In this document: positions 56,801-59,800 of the stretch, one piece after another | Position numbering within the stretch: the first letter of the stretch is position 1 | Layout: each line of letters begins with the position of its first letter | NCBI GenBank assembly: GCA_963669175.1 | Contig: OY769902.1 | Location: 4,800,001 to 4,864,000 of the forward strand | Length of the DNA stretch: 64,000 bases | Source of the DNA: a bacterium | GTDB lineage: Bacteria > Electryoneota > Electryoneia > Electryoneales > Electryoneaceae | Direction of reading: 5' to 3' | The notes under the pieces: generated by a model | Told to the model about the DNA's origin: nothing | Seen by the model: the letters and a program-made list of their open reading frames with translations, nothing else | Database searches by the model: none | Position numbers and translations under genes: made by a program

Positions 56801-59800
56801 CACCGTCACCATCCATATCCTTCGCATGAATGCCACGTGCATCAGTGAAAGTGCTGGTAACCGTATGCTCGGTCCAGTTGGAAACGACATTGGTACCATC
56901 ATTCTCCCACCATGTTATGGAGTTTGCGTATCGTGCCGCTCCCATTACGTCTACATCACTGTCGCCGTCCATATCTGTCGCGTATACGTGGCGGACTCCA
57001 TCAAAGGCGGCATCAACCGAATGGCCGATCCAGGCAGTACCGTTACCGCCATCGTTTTCCCACCATTTGATTTCATCGCCATACCAGGCGCCGCCCAGAA
57101 CATCCACATCGCCATCGCCATCGATGTCCGTTGCATACACGGTACCGGCTTCTCCGAATGAAGTACCGATGGTATGCTCAGTCCAGTTGGCGACAACATT
57201 CGTGCCGTCATTTTCCCACCAGGTAACACTGCCCACGCCGTCCGGACCACCTCCTGCACCCACGATATCCATATAGGTATCGCCATTGACATCAGCGGCA
57301 TAAACAGCACGTGCCTCATCATATGCACCATCTACATTGTGCGTGATCCATGTCGTACCTGCCCCACCATCGTTTTCCCACCAGGTAATCTGGTCGCCAA
57401 GGGTAGCTGCGCCAAGGATATCAATATCTCCGTCGTTGTCCATATCGGCTGCATGGACACTACGGGTTTCATCGAAGACATTATCTACGGTGTGTTTGGT
57501 CCAGTTAGCGACATCCAGTGTGCCATCATTCTCCCACCAGGCAATCTCATCTCCCAGCAACGCAGCGCCGATGACATCTTTGTCGCCGTCACCGTTGACA
57601 TCGGCTGTGTACACACTTACTGGTTCACTAAAGCTGTTGTCAATTACATGTTCCAGGAAATCAGCATCTGATACGATAAATGACCAGGTTTCTGTTGAAT
57701 AGGTAAGTCCGCCATTCTCATCTTCGGCAAGAATGCGCCAGTAGCGAGTGCCATTTTCCCACCCGGGCAGAGTCCAGCTTGTGCCTTCACCGGCATTTGC
57801 GGAATCCCTCGTGGTAAAGCCCGGATCAGTCGCCCAGACTACCCAGTAGGAAACGGTCGTCTGATCGGGATCGGAGGTTGCTTCCCAGGTTAATGTCGCA
57901 TCATCTGCAACAGTTTGCCCATCTGAAGGTGACAGCAGGCTGAATGCAAACGGATCCGCGCCCTGAACTTCGCCGCCGCCAGTCTGGTTCTCATACCAGT
58001 AGATTGTTTCTTCAAATTGGCCACCACCGTAGTCACCAAGGAATAAATCCATGTTGGAATCGCCATCGGCATCGCCGTGCACCATCCAGACTGCAGTACC
58101 ACTTGGACTGTTAATGGCGTGGGGTGCAAAGCTCATTGAGCCAGTATTCTCAATCCAGTACACATCGTTATAGTCTGAAACAGCGTAGAGATCCTTGTCG
58201 CCATCGCCGTCCAGGTCCGCTGCGTCTACCATATAAATAAAGCCCGGGCCGGGGAGTGTATGATTGGTGAAGTTTTCTGAACCGTCATTTTCCAGCCAAC
58301 TGACTCCGGTTGAACTCGAGACCTGGCTATAGAGGACATCGAGGTCTCCATCTTGGTCCAAGTCTACTGCCCGGACAGAATAAGCGCCTGACACACCGGA
58401 TTGTAGAACGGTTCCTGAATACGTCCATGGGTCGGAGCCCTGGTACCAAATAATAGCGTGGTCGCCAAGCGAGGTGGCCAGTACGTCCATGATGCCGTCT
58501 TCATCCAAGTCGCAATAGTCAACCGAAGACGGAATATTGATGGTATTCGACACTGTAACCTGAATGAAGCTACCTTCACCATCATACGAGTGGATCAAGA
58601 CTTCATTGTTGTCCGGGTCGACGCTGACGATTCGTTGACGACTATAGTGATCTTCCCCACTGTTGTCGATATAGGTCGCATTGTGGGAGCCGGAAATGGT
58701 CTGTAAGGTGAATGTATCGTCACCGTTATTGATATAGGCCCAGATCCCATCCGTTGTCGAGCAGTATACGATGTCCATCCAACCATCGAAGTCCATATCG
58801 ACCGCGAGCACCTGACGTTCATTCCCCGCAGTTGTAGCTATCGGGTGATATGTCCAGCTCCCCTGGCCATCCCCTTCGTACCATGCCAGATATCCCATCC
58901 CTTCACCGGACGGTGACGTTGCTACGATGTCCAGGTCACCATCGTTATTGAAGTCGGCCACATCAATGAAGCCGGTTGAATCGTTAGTTTGGTCTGCAAT
59001 GTGTTGCGTAAAATCCAGGGGAAGGATAATACCAAAAACACCACTGTTGAATGTTCCACCACCACTCGATGTCAAAGTCAGAACATAATCGAAAGCTTCA
59101 GCCAGGCTGGTGCCGTTTAAGGATTCAGCAATCTGCCAGTTATACACTCCACTTTCGGCATCCACACCGGATGCAATCTGCTCATTGGTGTAATTACCGC
59201 CGGTCAGACTGATGTCAACTGTCTCACCATACTCGCCGCCAGTCCATTCGATGGACACAGTTTGGTCCTGGACAAACATGGCTTCTGCAACAGGAGAAGT
59301 AAAAACCAGAGGTTCATCCAGCTCGAAGCCCCAATTCTCAGTTGAATATGTTGCCGCGCCGAAGCTGTCGACTGCTTTCACATACCATGTGTAGTAGGAA
59401 TACAGGAGACCCGTCAACGTATACGTGGTGTCGGTCCCGACGTAAACAGAATCTGCCTCGCCGTAGAAAAACTCATCCAAACCGCCGCCACCGCCTGCAT
59501 TTTCCTCGTATATGACCCAATACTCCACATTGTCGCCTTCAGGGTCAGTGGAGGAGTACCAAGCCAGATCGGCGCTGTAAACGGTGGATCCATCACTTGG
59601 CGATGCCAGGCTGAACGCGCCGGGGGACAGGTTTGAATCAATCTCCCAGAAATCGACACTGCCACCAAATGTACAGGTTAACAGATCCTGGGTACCATTC
59701 CCATCCACGTCGCAGATTGTCAATCCAGTTGGACCGGAATAAGCATTGTCCAGGGTATGTTCCACGAATGACGCATAACCATCATTTTCCCACCAGGATA

